The notes: generated from the sequence alone by a model not told the origin. 64,000 nucleotides of DNA from Nonlabens sp. (GCF_039941875.1 NZ_JBDVDQ010000016.1:81916-145915); one strand, 5' to 3'; positions 48,101-60,056 are shown, counted from the stretch's first letter. Made by a program: numbers and translations.

Positions 48101-48253
48101 AGATGCGTTTACAGCACTTTCATCTACTTTAGAACTAGAATAAACATCAGCATCACCTTCTACTTTATTAGTAATAAACGTGTAGGTAAGCTGGTAAATA
48201 CTAGCTATTGCAAAAATGATCGCGAAAAAACGGATCAATCCTTTATTTTGCAT
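45188..48253 (-). CDS. secDF: Protein translocase subunit SecDF (fused)
   Basis: GLDLKGG, RILIELPG, GPSLG, LTLPGIAG, DANVLIFERIRE, GIDFTGG, GYSLNDTVVVFDRIRE. Confidence 0.95.
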   Translation of the reverse strand: MQNKGLIRFFAIIFAIASIYQLTYTFITNKVEGDADVYSSSKVDESAVNASSLKSEAQKHYLDSVASQDVWGGFTTYADAKNQELKKGLDLKGGINVILQVSVRDLLTGMADDSTDPNFNRALDAADERIKDGQDDYFNYFIEEFNNIDGAQLASPDIFANQEMQTRGIEFDMSNSDVEPILREELKDYMTSAFDVLRKRIDKFGTTQPNLQQLGTSGRILIELPGETDVKRIKDILTKAAQLEFWHVYQPNAIASYLNEANTYWAAKLAASAASKKEDVATDDLAAQTEVATDSTEAGLGDLLNQENEDDASTDGPSSADFDKSPIFSRMFQSPNGALAAFKAEDKDLIDSYINDPQARGKLTAEQRNVKFAWGLPVLNEGLGYEIIDLYALKGNSQNEAPLTGGVITDASQQYGNSGLPVVSMSMNGEGAKIWEDMTAEAYQNQSQVSVVLDNTVYSAPNVTNGAISGGQTQISGNFSIDEAKDLATVLRAGKLPAKAEIIQSDVIGPSLGQEAIDSGLWSFGIALLLVLVWMFFYYGRAGLYADIALLVNILFIFGALASLKAVLTLPGIAGIVLTIGISVDANVLIFERIREELAKGKSQADSIKDGFNNALSSILDANVTTFLTAVILYVFGTGPIQGFATTLMIGILTSLFTAIFITRLFVDGYVNNGKTIGFSTGITKNWFRNVNIDFLKKRKIAYIISAFLVVGSLVSLATNKLNMGIDFTGGRTVIVGFAQDVNATEITKQLSSEDIFGSAEAKTYGSGNQLKISTKYGIDRDDSEVSQEIEDKLYQILKPYLPSDMSQAQFADVSNENKKHGIRSSFQVGASIADDILTGSLYAILGSLIVVFIYILIRFRKWQFSLGAVAAVFHDVIIVLGAFSVLYKVLPFNMEIDQAFIAAILTVIGYSLNDTVVVFDRIREFINERTNWEFPRTVNSAISSTISRTLNTSLTTLIVLLAIFIFGGESIQGFMLALIIGVIVGTYSSVFIATPVMFDTMTKTNGKLTPKEPKPEKEEL

Positions 48254-48433
48254 GTTGTTATATTTTTAGGTTAAATTTAAAAGTCGGCAAATATGAGATT
48301 TACCTTTTATATGGACAATTCATTTGTCCTTTAAAAACGAAATATTTATCATTATTAGAATGATAATCTTTCTTAGACACACATTATTACATGAATATCT
48401 AATTATGTAGAATAAACTGATTAACAACCAGAC

Positions 48434-49036
48434 CTAAGAAATAGGGCCTGCTCGTACTTCTGGAATTTTATAAGTAGAATCATTAAAAGCAAATAAGACA
48501 TTGCCTCTAACTTTTACTGCTATCGCAGTTAACTGATTACGGCTATCAATAGTAATAACAGGACTTACAAAGCCTAAAACTTGCGACCCTCTATTATAAT
48601 CTTGTTTTAACTCAAAGTAACATTTGCCCTCATTATCAAATCCAGAAACAACATTTTCCTGAATTTCATAAACATCTATTTGATAATCTTTTGCGCTTTC
48701 TTTTACAGGTTCATTACCATAATCATTCAGTGCAGTTGCAACACTTGAAGCGTCTAAACTTGTAAATAATTGTTCTTTTACATTTTGAATAGCTAGATGA
48801 CTATAATAAGACACTTTTAAAGACCCATTATCTAGACTAGAAATAGTTACATTTCTAGCCCCTAAACTCAATAATTGAGTCTTTACAGTTTCTATTGCTA
48901 GGTCTTTAGAAGAAGTGTTTTCACCTTGTATAAATGTAAGTAGAACCTCTTGATTAGGTACATCTACACTTTGTTGTTGTACAACAAAATAAGAGATTAT
49001 AGCGATCAGTGCGCCTATGTACCATTTTACATTCAC
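48434..49036 (-). CDS. Conserved flavobacterial hypothetical protein
   Basis: GTG start, N-terminal TM/signal, PNQEVLL, C-terminal PEVRAGP. Confidence 0.65.
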   Translation of the reverse strand: MNVKWYIGALIAIISYFVVQQQSVDVPNQEVLLTFIQGENTSSKDLAIETVKTQLLSLGARNVTISSLDNGSLKVSYYSHLAIQNVKEQLFTSLDASSVATALNDYGNEPVKESAKDYQIDVYEIQENVVSGFDNEGKCYFELKQDYNRGSQVLGFVSPVITIDSRNQLTAIAVKVRGNVLFAFNDSTYKIPEVRAGPIS

Positions 49037-49040
49037 GTGC

Positions 49041-49048
49041 CAAATATA
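49041..49048 (-). promoter_or_regulatory. -7 box TATATTTG
   Basis: TAnnTTTG match 4 nt before GTG start. Confidence 0.55.
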
Positions 49049-49163
49049 AAGAATTACATCTGCTTTTACACTAACCCTATTTATTTAAAGTCTAGCAGTA
49101 GCAAAAACCACATAACCTACTCATTTACAAATATTTACTTATCAATTAAAATAATATTACTTG

Positions 49164-49185
49164 TTCCGCTTTCGCGAAAGCGGAA
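49164..49185. repeat. Iterated palindrome copy 11, extended TTCCGCTTTCGCGAAAGCGGAA
   Basis: Perfect 22-bp palindrome, intergenic. Confidence 0.92.
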
Positions 49186-49236
49186 TACAGATAAACAAAT
49201 GAAACACACATGAGCTTCTTAGAAAACACAAGGCAT

Positions 49237-49263
49237 AAAAAAACCGCTCACATGGAGCGGTTT
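49237..49263 (-). terminator. Intrinsic terminator after mdh
   Basis: AAACCGCTC-ACATG-GAGCGGTTT with A-run on + strand. Confidence 0.75.
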
Positions 49264-49286
49264 ATATAATAATATGTATCTAATTT

Positions 49287-50207
49287 CTAGATAAGCGCGT
49301 TAGTAGCTTTTACACCTTCAGCACTTGCTTGCATAGCAGCTTTTTCAGCATCACTTAAGTTAATCTCTACGATCTTCTCGATACCATTTCTACCTAATAC
49401 AACTGGCACACCGATACAAAGATCAGAAAGTCCATATTCACCATCTAATAAAGTACTACATGGGAATATTTTCTTCTGGTCACAAGCGATAGCCTGCACT
49501 AATCCAGATACAGCAGCACCTGGCGCATACCATGCACTTGTACCTAAAAGACCTGTAAGAGTTGCTCCACCTACTTTAGTAGCTTGAAGTACTTCTTCTA
49601 ATCTTTCTTCAGATAAGAATTCACTTGCTGGCACAGAGTTACGAGTTGCAAGACGAGTTAATGGCACCATTCCTTTATCAGAGTGACCACCTATTACCAT
49701 TCCATCTACGTCAGAGATCGGTGCTTCAAGAGCTTCGGCAAGACGGTATTTGAAACGAGCACTATCTAAAGCACCACCCATACCGATAATACGGTTTTTA
49801 GGTAATCCTGTTACTTTGTGTGCTAGGTAAGTCATGGTATCCATAGGATTAGAAACCACAATTAAGATAACGTCTGGAGAGTGCTTTACTAGACTTTCTG
49901 AAACAGACTTTACAATACCTGCATTAATACCTATTAATTCTTCACGAGTCATTCCTGGTTTACGTGGAATTCCTGATGTGATAACAGCGATATCGCTACC
50001 AGCAGTTTTTGAGTAATCATTTGTCGCTCCAGTAATTTTAGTATCAAAACCGTTTAATGATGCTGTTTGCATCAAGTCCATCGCTTTACCTTCGGCAAAA
50101 CCTTCTTTGATATCTACTAATACTACTTCACTTGCAAAATTTTTAATTGCAATATACTCTGCACAACTAGCGCCTACTGCACCTGCTCCTACTACGGTAA
50201 CTTTCAT
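49287..50207 (-). CDS. mdh: Malate dehydrogenase (LDH-like)
   Basis: VVGAGAVG, ITSGIPRKPGMTREEL, VSNPMD, LDSARF, GGHSD; start moved to MKVTV. Confidence 0.93.
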   Translation of the reverse strand: MKVTVVGAGAVGASCAEYIAIKNFASEVVLVDIKEGFAEGKAMDLMQTASLNGFDTKITGATNDYSKTAGSDIAVITSGIPRKPGMTREELIGINAGIVKSVSESLVKHSPDVILIVVSNPMDTMTYLAHKVTGLPKNRIIGMGGALDSARFKYRLAEALEAPISDVDGMVIGGHSDKGMVPLTRLATRNSVPASEFLSEERLEEVLQATKVGGATLTGLLGTSAWYAPGAAVSGLVQAIACDQKKIFPCSTLLDGEYGLSDLCIGVPVVLGRNGIEKIVEINLSDAEKAAMQASAEGVKATNALI

Positions 50208-50258
50208 GTTATAATGATTTAATTTATAGTATAATTTAAGGCCTAAAAAGGCTCTAAG

Positions 50259-50266
50259 CAAAAATA
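50259..50266 (-). promoter_or_regulatory. -7 box TATTTTTG for mdh
   Basis: TAnnTTTG match. Confidence 0.5.
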
Positions 50267-50351
50267 AACAAAACGCCCATAATTAAAGACAAAGTAGCCT
50301 TAAAACTATGGACGTTAAGATCCCAAAAAAGGGTAATTAATGTTTAATCTG

Positions 50352-51449
50352 TTAAATTCTGAAAAATATAGATGCACTTGCCGTGTCATATTCCCCAAAA
50401 CTATAATCTGCATTGATATTAAAAGCTCCCAAAGTCAATTTTGCACCTAATGTTCCTAAAACACCACTTACGTCGCTTTTTAATGATAAAGGATCTTCAA
50501 CTGTACTAGAAACGGGAAAAATCACTGTGTTAGATCTAAAGGTGTAGGTACCTTTTAAATCTGTTGTAGAATTTCCTGAAACGTAATTAAGACCTCCATA
50601 AAAATTAAGAACTTTAAAATTTGTACTTGCTATAGCCGCAAAATTATAAGCATTAGTTTTAGTTTCTAATAACTGATCACTACCTTCTACTACAGCACCA
50701 TCTTCAAAATCATAAGAGGCATCTAACCTCGTAAACGCTCCTAAAACAGAAACAGAAACTGGCAAATTATTAACACCATTTTCATCGGTAAAAAACTGTG
50801 TCAGTTCCCATTGTAAACCTACACCATAAAGACCTGTCTCTACCTCATCGGTTTCTATTTTTGGTATAAAACGAGCTTTCACCTCTAGACCAGCACCTAG
50901 ACCTACTCCTACTTGAAAAAATGCTGACGGCACCACATCTAAACCTGTACTACCTATTCCTTGAGCTAGTGTAATAATGTCTTCTTGTAATAATAAATTT
51001 GAATTAGACTCTCTACTCCTTATTATTAAGGACTCATCTGGGTTATTTTCACCGAGAGCACTCGCTACTAACCTAGGTGTCGTACTACCATCACCAAAAG
51101 TTACCGAAATATTTGCTGAAGGATTACCTGTATTATTATAACTATCCTGTATGATACGTTCATACTCTAATGGATCTAGAACAAACGACTTCTTTTCATC
51201 TGGCGCAAAAGTACCTTGAGCTTTAATTTGTAATTTAAACTTTCCTGGCTTTAAAACCTTACCACTCTCGTACCACCCAGAAGCTAGATTATAAGTGAAG
51301 GCTTCAGCTGCTGGAGCCGTGTAAGAATTTGCATATTTATCTGCCGCCTCTACACCTGCAGCAAGAATATCAGAAAAGCCATTTTGCGCCTGCGATAAGC
51401 GCCCCAAACAACAAAGCACGATAATTACTATATTTCTATTCAGTTTCAT
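50352..51449 (-). CDS. DUF6588-like outer-membrane protein
   Basis: Signal peptide; C-terminal alternating beta-strands ending FFRI. Confidence 0.6.
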   Translation of the reverse strand: MKLNRNIVIIVLCCLGRLSQAQNGFSDILAAGVEAADKYANSYTAPAAEAFTYNLASGWYESGKVLKPGKFKLQIKAQGTFAPDEKKSFVLDPLEYERIIQDSYNNTGNPSANISVTFGDGSTTPRLVASALGENNPDESLIIRSRESNSNLLLQEDIITLAQGIGSTGLDVVPSAFFQVGVGLGAGLEVKARFIPKIETDEVETGLYGVGLQWELTQFFTDENGVNNLPVSVSVLGAFTRLDASYDFEDGAVVEGSDQLLETKTNAYNFAAIASTNFKVLNFYGGLNYVSGNSTTDLKGTYTFRSNTVIFPVSSTVEDPLSLKSDVSGVLGTLGAKLTLGAFNINADYSFGEYDTASASIFFRI

Positions 51450-51527
51450 ATTCTTTAATTTAAACTATAACTAAATCACCCTTTAAAAAAAGTCGACCGT
51501 AAAAATACCCTTTAAAAACAAAACATA

Positions 51528-51558
51528 AAAAAAGCCCTCTATAAAAGAGAGCTTTTTT
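51528..51558 (-). terminator. Intrinsic terminator after gyrB
   Basis: AAAAAAGCCCTCT-ATAAA-AGAGAGCTTTTTT. Confidence 0.65.
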
Positions 51559-51577
51559 AAAATATCACGTACTTTAT

Positions 51578-53530
<1,953 letters not shown>

Positions 53531-53552
53531 TTACTGCTATATGCGTAATACA

Positions 53553-53560
53553 CAAATATA
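53553..53560 (-). promoter_or_regulatory. -7 box TATATTTG for gyrB
   Basis: TAnnTTTG match. Confidence 0.55.
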
Positions 53561-53685
53561 AGAAACCACTAATGTTTATAGGCTTTAACCATTAAAATAG
53601 CAGCTTAAGTTATTAACAAATTATTAATATGCATATGGCATTAATATTGATTAATTTAGGACTACTATATTCAACACAATACACC

Positions 53686-54234
53686 ATGAAAAATATTCAA
53701 ATTATCCTCTTATTTTTTACCTGCTCATTTTTCTCATTTGCACAAAATGATAGTGACCTAAGCTTCTCTCAATTAGACAAAAGCCCACTAGATGTGGTCA
53801 TGTACCGCGATGCAAATAAAGCCGCTGTGGCTAGAGTAATTTATAGTCGCCCATCTAAACGTGATAGAGAGATTTTTGGAAACCTTGTTCCTTATGATCA
53901 GGTATGGAGAACTGGCGCAAATGAAGCCACTGAAATAGCTTTTTATAAAGATGTAAAAATTAATAACGAACTAGTAAAGGCAGGAACTTACTCCATGTAC
54001 ACCATCCCGAGTGAAAACGACTGGAAATTTATACTCAACACAGACACGACACAATCTGGGCTAGAATATGACGCTACTAAAAATCTAGTTACTACCACTA
54101 TGGATGTACTACCATCACCACAAGAAATAGAGTCGTTTTCTATAAGCTTTGTAGAGCAAAACAATGGAGGTATGTTATTCTTAGGATGGGACGATACTAT
54201 CGCTAGCGTACCTTTTACCGTGGTAAATCCTTAA
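53686..54234 (+). CDS. DUF2911-family secreted protein
   Basis: YSRPSKRDREIFG-x-LVPY-x2-VWRTGANEAT; start moved to MKNIQ. Confidence 0.85.
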   Translation: MKNIQIILLFFTCSFFSFAQNDSDLSFSQLDKSPLDVVMYRDANKAAVARVIYSRPSKRDREIFGNLVPYDQVWRTGANEATEIAFYKDVKINNELVKAGTYSMYTIPSENDWKFILNTDTTQSGLEYDATKNLVTTTMDVLPSPQEIESFSISFVEQNNGGMLFLGWDDTIASVPFTVVNP

Positions 54235-54863
54235 GGTATATTTAAATACTTATGCGTTTGCAAAGAGACTTGCCATTCTGGATTTTCCATTACAAATTCA
54301 GTAATATACGGTATCATTTTTTCACGCACCGACCATTCTGGCTGTAAAAAAAGCTTGCATGTAGAAGATACTTTTTCAGATTCCGCTTTCGCGAAAGCGA
54401 GATCATGACGATTAAACACGATCACTTTAAGCTCATGTGCTGCTTCATAAACTTCCGGAAGTGGCATTTTTGCTTTTTTAGGAGATAAACAAATCCAGTC
54501 CCAATGACCAGAAAGCGGATAAGCACCACTAGTTTCAATATGAACATCTAGCGAGGAGTTTTTTAAACCTATTGTAAGAGGTTCCATATTCCATGTAAGC
54601 GGTTCTCCACCTGTTACCACAATAGTTTTACTATACTTAGATGCATTTGCTACGATCTGATCCACACCTGTAGGTGGATGCTTTTCTGGATCCCAGCTCT
54701 CTTTTACATCGCACCAGTGACACCCCACATCACAACCACCTACTCTAATAAAGTAAGCCGCGCGACCAGTGTGATATCCTTCACCTTGGATGGTGTAAAA
54801 TTCCTCCATTAAAGGTAACATTGTACCTTTTTCAACCTGTTGCTGTATTGTTTTCTCTAGCAT
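54231..54863 (-). CDS. queE: 7-carboxy-7-deazaguanine synthase (radical SAM)
   Basis: EEFYTIQGEG, GCDVGCHWCD, TGGEP, SLQTHKYL. Confidence 0.9.
   Translation of the reverse strand: MLEKTIQQQVEKGTMLPLMEEFYTIQGEGYHTGRAAYFIRVGGCDVGCHWCDVKESWDPEKHPPTGVDQIVANASKYSKTIVVTGGEPLTWNMEPLTIGLKNSSLDVHIETSGAYPLSGHWDWICLSPKKAKMPLPEVYEAAHELKVIVFNRHDLAFAKAESEKVSSTCKLFLQPEWSVREKMIPYITEFVMENPEWQVSLQTHKYLNIP
54385..54398. repeat. Iterated palindrome copy 12 (in queE, AFAKA)
   Basis: CGCTTTCGCGAAAGCG at 54384-54399. Confidence 0.9.
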
Positions 54864-54867
54864 CTTG

Positions 54868-54875
54868 CAAAGATA
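54868..54875 (-). promoter_or_regulatory. -7 box TATCTTTG for queE
   Basis: TAnnTTTG match 4 nt before ATG. Confidence 0.55.
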
Positions 54876-54997
54876 CGGTAGCTTTTACATTATTTATAAC
54901 AGTGTAACATATGATAAAGTAATACATTTGTAAAAAATATAATCTCTCAACTATATTTTATCCAATTACTTAACCATACTCACTCTATATTCTTTTC

Positions 54998-55702
54998 ATG
55001 AAAAAGTTCTTTTATTTACTTATAATAATCTCTAGCCAGATTATTACAGCCCAAGTAGGTGTCAATACATCAACACCTGACGATGGATCTGCATTACAAA
55101 TAGACAGTACAACAGGCAGTTTTGTACCTCCTAGAATGGATACTGCAGCAATGAATTTGATCCCTACACCTCTAGAAGGTTCAATTGTATTTAATACAGA
55201 TACAAAATCCTTACACATCTATAAGAACTCAAATTGGAAAAATCAGGCAACTCCTACTATTCCACAAATCACATTATATAAAAGTTTTAACGGAACTGAA
55301 GATATAGGAACCGATTCAAATTTTCATCAATTCCCAATAGGAAATGAGCCTGGAGAAATTCTATCTTCAGATCCAACACATTTTGATGTTTTATCTGACG
55401 GAAAAATTAGAATACTAAAATCTGGAACTTATCAAATAAGTGGAGGAATCTCCTTGCGTAATGTTAATAGTGGTGATCATAAATACATATTAGGTGTTTT
55501 TATAGACTCTAGTCGCAAAGGATACTTGTGTCGTGGATATGCTAACATACCTGGAAGTAATGATTACTGGGGTGCTTCTGGGGTATTTCAATTTAAGATC
55601 ACAGCTGGTCAAGTACTCGACTTACGTTTTTACCTAACTAATAGCGACACAGTTGAGCCATTAGACTTTTGCGACATAGGAATTTTAAGAGTTTCTGATT
55701 AA
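54998..55702 (+). CDS. Secreted hypothetical protein (QVG-x-NT-x-TP N-terminal family; possible C1q-like C-terminus)
   Basis: Signal peptide; QVGVNTSTPD...SALQIDS...PPRM; GKIRILKSGTYQIS. Confidence 0.6.
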   Translation: MKKFFYLLIIISSQIITAQVGVNTSTPDDGSALQIDSTTGSFVPPRMDTAAMNLIPTPLEGSIVFNTDTKSLHIYKNSNWKNQATPTIPQITLYKSFNGTEDIGTDSNFHQFPIGNEPGEILSSDPTHFDVLSDGKIRILKSGTYQISGGISLRNVNSGDHKYILGVFIDSSRKGYLCRGYANIPGSNDYWGASGVFQFKITAGQVLDLRFYLTNSDTVEPLDFCDIGILRVSD

Positions 55703-55729
55703 ACCATACCATTTTAAAGACCTTATAAG

Positions 55730-55762
55730 AACAGTTCTGCTTTATTACAGAACTGTTTTTTT
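55730..55762 (+). terminator. Intrinsic terminator
   Basis: AACAGTTCTG-CTTTATTA-CAGAACTGTT plus T-run. Confidence 0.7.
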
Positions 55763-55780
55763 ATACCCATATTTTTAAAT

Positions 55781-55788
55781 TACTTTTG
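55781..55788 (+). promoter_or_regulatory. -7 box TACTTTTG
   Basis: TAnnTTTG match upstream of 55805. Confidence 0.55.
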
Positions 55789-55804
55789 AGGAAATACTTT
55801 TTTC

Positions 55805-57322
55805 ATGTCCCAAAAAGATGAATTTTTCAAATATATAACTGACGGTTATAACCCAAAAGGCGACTCTATCGTTATGGGTGCCGCTATGCTAGATGGTGAA
55901 ACTTTAACAAATGCACATGTAAAGATCCCCTTAAAAACCATGAACCGTCATGGGTTGATAGCAGGTGCCACAGGTACTGGAAAAACCAAAACACTACAAA
56001 TAATAGCTGAACAACTATCCCAACAAGGTGTCCCAACTTTATTAATGGATATAAAAGGCGACCTCTCTGGTATCGCTGCAGAGAGTCCTGGACATGAAAA
56101 AATAGATGAGCGTCACGAGAAAATAGGCCTGGATTTCAAAAAAAGAAAATCGCCTGTAGAGATCATGACCATTTCTGAGCAAGAAGGAATTAAAATGAGA
56201 GCTACCGTGAGCGAATTCGGCCCGGTACTTTTATCAAGAATTCTCGATGTTACAGAAACTCAGGCTGGTATTATATCAGTCGTTTTTAAATACTGTGATG
56301 ATAATAAGTTACCTCTACTAGATTTAGATGATTTAAAAAAGGTTTTACAATATGCTACTGGAGCAGGTAAAGAAGAATTTCAAGAAGAATATGGACGTAT
56401 ATCTACATCTTCTACAGGAGCAATTCTCAGAAAACTTATTGAGCTAGAACAACAAGGCGCACAACGATTTTTTGGTGAACGTAGTTTTGATGTTAAAGAT
56501 CTAGTAAGAAAAGATCGCGATGGTAATGGATATGTAAACGTAATAAGACTTACCGACATACAGGACAGACCTAAGCTTTTCTCAACTTTCATGTTGAGCC
56601 TACTTGCCGAAATATACTCCACATTCCCTGAGCAAGGAGATAGTGATAAACCAGAGCTTATCCTATTTATAGACGAAGCTCATTTAATCTTTGACAACGC
56701 TAGTAAAGCACTACTAAGTCAGATAGAGAGTATTGTAAAATTAATACGCTCTAAAGGTATAGGCCTTTATTTTGTTACTCAAAACCCAACAGATATACCT
56801 GAGGGCGTACTTAGTCAACTGGGACTTAAGATACAGCATGCTTTGAGAGCATTCACAGCAAAGGACAGAAAGGCAATTAAACTTACTGCTCAAAATTATC
56901 CTGAAACTGATTATTACGACACTGCCGAAATACTTACCTCGCTAGGTATAGGAGAAGCTTTAATAAGCGCCCTAGATGAAAAAGGAAGACCTAGCCCTCT
57001 AGCCGCTACATTATTACGTGCTCCAGAAAGCCGCATGGACGTTCTTACCGATAGGGAATTAAGCGATTTAATAGCCGATTCTGAACTTACTGATAAATAT
57101 AATGAAGAAATAGATCGAGAAAGTGCTGAAGAAATTCTACAGAAAAAAATAGAAGAGGCAAATGAAGAAGAGATCAAAGAAAAGGCTGCAAAAGAAAAAG
57201 CAAAAGCTCGTAAATCTTCTACTTCTAGAACTAGCACCAGACAAAACCCTATCCTAAAAGTATTAACCAGCGCTTCTTTTATAAGAGGAGTAATGGGAAT
57301 TTTAGGTAAAGCGTTAAAATAA
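55805..57322 (+). CDS. HerA-like P-loop ATPase (DUF853/YjgR family)
   Basis: NRHGLIAGATGTGKTKT, FIDEAH, IRSKG, TQNPTD, QHALRAFT. Confidence 0.88.
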   Translation: MSQKDEFFKYITDGYNPKGDSIVMGAAMLDGETLTNAHVKIPLKTMNRHGLIAGATGTGKTKTLQIIAEQLSQQGVPTLLMDIKGDLSGIAAESPGHEKIDERHEKIGLDFKKRKSPVEIMTISEQEGIKMRATVSEFGPVLLSRILDVTETQAGIISVVFKYCDDNKLPLLDLDDLKKVLQYATGAGKEEFQEEYGRISTSSTGAILRKLIELEQQGAQRFFGERSFDVKDLVRKDRDGNGYVNVIRLTDIQDRPKLFSTFMLSLLAEIYSTFPEQGDSDKPELILFIDEAHLIFDNASKALLSQIESIVKLIRSKGIGLYFVTQNPTDIPEGVLSQLGLKIQHALRAFTAKDRKAIKLTAQNYPETDYYDTAEILTSLGIGEALISALDEKGRPSPLAATLLRAPESRMDVLTDRELSDLIADSELTDKYNEEIDRESAEEILQKKIEEANEEEIKEKAAKEKAKARKSSTSRTSTRQNPILKVLTSASFIRGVMGILGKALK

Positions 57323-57419
57323 TTTAAGAGTTAAAATACTAATAAGAACTGTAAAATAAATAATGCAAAACTCGTGTAGTTTCTCTAGCAATTGTAATTT
57401 TACATCTTTAAATAAAAAT

Positions 57420-57968
57420 ATGAAAAAAGTAATAGCATTAATTGCCGTAATAGTCGTACTAGCTAGTTGCTCTAAAGATCAAGATCCATTTGAATGGAAT
57501 AAAGATCGTGTAGGTCACCTGACTAAAGACATGAAAGTATTTCAATTAGATAGCATTTATGCTAATGATAGTATTGTAAGAGCAGTTAAGGGAGATGAAT
57601 TTAGTAATGGTGCTAATCAAATAGAGATTTTTGAAAAAGGCGGAGCGCATTTATTAACTCTTACTCCTAGTGAAGCTTTAGATAGCACAGCTACTATTGA
57701 AAACATAATCATACGTGATGAGCGTTTTACCACTATAAAAGGTATTACTAAAAACAGTACTTATAAAGAGATAAGTACGGCATATAAAATAAGCAGCGTA
57801 GATAACATGATCGACGATGCCGTAATATGGGTTAATGATGAAAATTTTTATTTCACCATATCTAAAGACGATTTACCTACAGATGTGAAATTTGACATCA
57901 GCGCTTCAGTTGAGAAAACGATGATTCCTCAGGATACTAAACCACTTTATATGTTTGTATCCTGGTAA
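57420..57968 (+). CDS. Hypothetical lipoprotein
   Basis: Lipobox LAS-C; start moved to MKKVIAL. Confidence 0.7.
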   Translation: MKKVIALIAVIVVLASCSKDQDPFEWNKDRVGHLTKDMKVFQLDSIYANDSIVRAVKGDEFSNGANQIEIFEKGGAHLLTLTPSEALDSTATIENIIIRDERFTTIKGITKNSTYKEISTAYKISSVDNMIDDAVIWVNDENFYFTISKDDLPTDVKFDISASVEKTMIPQDTKPLYMFVSW

Positions 57969-57979
57969 TTTAAATACTC

Positions 57980-58822
57980 ATGAAAAAAACACTTCAAAAA
58001 GCCATACCTAAACTGTATGGCTTTTATTTTAATACGATTCACCTATTCTCTAAAGAAAAGGCAGCAAACCTAGCTCTTAAAGTATTCAGTATACCAAGAA
58101 GAGGTAAAATTGCAGAACATCAAAAAGAATTCCTTAGCACCGCGAGGACACAAAAAATAGCCTTTGAAGATGGTTTATTTGAGGTTTACCATTGGAAAGG
58201 TAATGGTCCAACTGTCTTGTTAAACCATGGCTGGGAATCTAACGCCTTCAGGTGGAAGTACCTTATTGAACCCTTACAGAAATTAGACTATAATATCATA
58301 GCAATAGACGCACCTGCTCACGGCGCTTCTGATGGTGAATTATTTACCGCTGTAAAGTATTCTAAAGTTATTACAACAGTCATTGATTTATATGAGCCCA
58401 AAATAGTAATCGCCCATAGTGTAGGCGCCATGGCTACTATTTATCAAGAGTCAAATCATCCTCATGATTTTATAGAGAAATTAGTTTTACTAGGCAGCCC
58501 TAATAAGCTAGAGGTCATCATGCGCGGCTATCAAAATATAACTAGTTTCAACAATTCTGTTTATGGTAGTCTAAATAACCTGCTCAAGAATACTTTTGGC
58601 TTTCTTATAGAAGACTTTGTAGCTGCAGATTTTGCAGAGAAAATTAAAATTCCTTCGTTGATTGTTCATAATCCGCAAGATGTAATTGTACCCTATGAAG
58701 CAATGGATGAAATAGCTGCAAAAATGCCTAATTCGAGCACGTATACGTCTCAAACAGGTGGTCACAGTTTATACACACCAGAAGTAATTGAAGAGGTATT
58801 AAAGTTTTTAGCCAGACCTTAA
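57980..58822 (+). CDS. Alpha/beta hydrolase
   Basis: NHGWES, DAPAHG, AHSVG nucleophile elbow, GGH. Confidence 0.85.
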   Translation: MKKTLQKAIPKLYGFYFNTIHLFSKEKAANLALKVFSIPRRGKIAEHQKEFLSTARTQKIAFEDGLFEVYHWKGNGPTVLLNHGWESNAFRWKYLIEPLQKLDYNIIAIDAPAHGASDGELFTAVKYSKVITTVIDLYEPKIVIAHSVGAMATIYQESNHPHDFIEKLVLLGSPNKLEVIMRGYQNITSFNNSVYGSLNNLLKNTFGFLIEDFVAADFAEKIKIPSLIVHNPQDVIVPYEAMDEIAAKMPNSSTYTSQTGGHSLYTPEVIEEVLKFLARP

Positions 58823-58971
58823 TTATATGTTTATTAAGCTATCGTTATTGATTGCTAATCGAATTAATCATAAATTCATTAAAATAAAACTAACTGCATT
58901 TATTATATCCAGATAAAATATTAAAAGAGTAAAGAAGAGCTAATAATTACATTAAGAAATAACTGACACCT

Positions 58972-59994
58972 ATGAATGATCAGATTCCTACTACTAAGAT
59001 ACGCCAGCTATTCATCCTATTAATTATAATGGGGATTCTGTTCTTGATAGGCATGGAGCTACTTCCTTATTTAGGAGGTGTTCTTGGTGCCATTACTTTA
59101 TTCATTTTACTAGCACCACTTCAAGAAAAACTTGAAAAAAAGAAATGGAAACCTGCCCTGGCAGCGACGCTTCTCATGTTTTTATCTTTTGTGATCATCT
59201 TACTACCTATCGCAGGAATAGGATTAATGCTTACTTCTAAGGTAAAGACGGCTATCCAGAACAGTACCGAAATCACCAATACTATAAAATCAGAGATTTC
59301 TAAAGCTGAAGAACTGGTAGGAATGAATATTTCTGAGAACATTAATTCTAGCGAGGTAAGCACGTGGATATCCCAAAATATTCAAGATCTAGCTAACTCT
59401 GGTCTTACTGTAACCATCTCTGTCGGGATTATGTTCTTTTTATTGTACTTTATGTTAACCGAGCGTAAGAAATGGCTAGCAACTGCCTTAGTTTATTTAC
59501 CTCTTAAAGAAGAAAACACAAAGAATATAGGTAAAGAGAGTATAGACTTGGTAAAATCAAACGCCATAGGTATTCCACTAGTAGCTTTACTTCAAGGTGT
59601 TGTAGCGTTAATAGGTTATTTCATATTCGGCGTGGATAATCCATTCTTTTGGTTTGTCATTACCATTATAGGTAGTATGATACCATTTGTAGGAACAGCG
59701 TTAGGAATATTACCTGTATGTATTTTATTATTCTCACAAGGAGACACTACTGCCGCAATAGGAATATTGATTTACGGCGCCATAGTTGTAGGATCCACAG
59801 ATAATCTTTTCAGGCTGGTAGTACAAAAACGACTGGCAGATGTTCATCCACTAGTAACACTTATAGGCGTAGTAGTCGGTGTGCCTCTATTCGGTTTTAT
59901 AGGGCTTATCTTTGGACCTTTATTAGTAAGTTTATTTTTACTATTGGTAAAAATTTATAAAAACGAATATGGCAAACAAGGTAAGAAGATATAG
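58972..59994 (+). CDS. AI-2E family transporter (PerM-like)
   Basis: Multi-TM; IPFVGT, DNLFR, GFIGLIFGP. Confidence 0.85.
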   Translation: MNDQIPTTKIRQLFILLIIMGILFLIGMELLPYLGGVLGAITLFILLAPLQEKLEKKKWKPALAATLLMFLSFVIILLPIAGIGLMLTSKVKTAIQNSTEITNTIKSEISKAEELVGMNISENINSSEVSTWISQNIQDLANSGLTVTISVGIMFFLLYFMLTERKKWLATALVYLPLKEENTKNIGKESIDLVKSNAIGIPLVALLQGVVALIGYFIFGVDNPFFWFVITIIGSMIPFVGTALGILPVCILLFSQGDTTAAIGILIYGAIVVGSTDNLFRLVVQKRLADVHPLVTLIGVVVGVPLFGFIGLIFGPLLVSLFLLLVKIYKNEYGKQGKKI

Positions 59995-60056
59995 TCTTGT
60001 TAATTGAGTAGATTTATTTTTTAAGATTCCGTATTTTTAACCCAAATTAAAATTGA

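Noticed and set aside
48950-49213. 87-aa ORF and possible ncRNA in the mdh intergenic region
   Set aside because: Explained by a promoter, palindrome copy 11 and the mdh terminator; no recognisable riboswitch or tRNA fold
55805-57322. HerA-like ATPase as an anti-phage HerA system
   Set aside because: DUF853/YjgR housekeeping-type sequence with no Sir2, NurA or DUF4297 partner nearby
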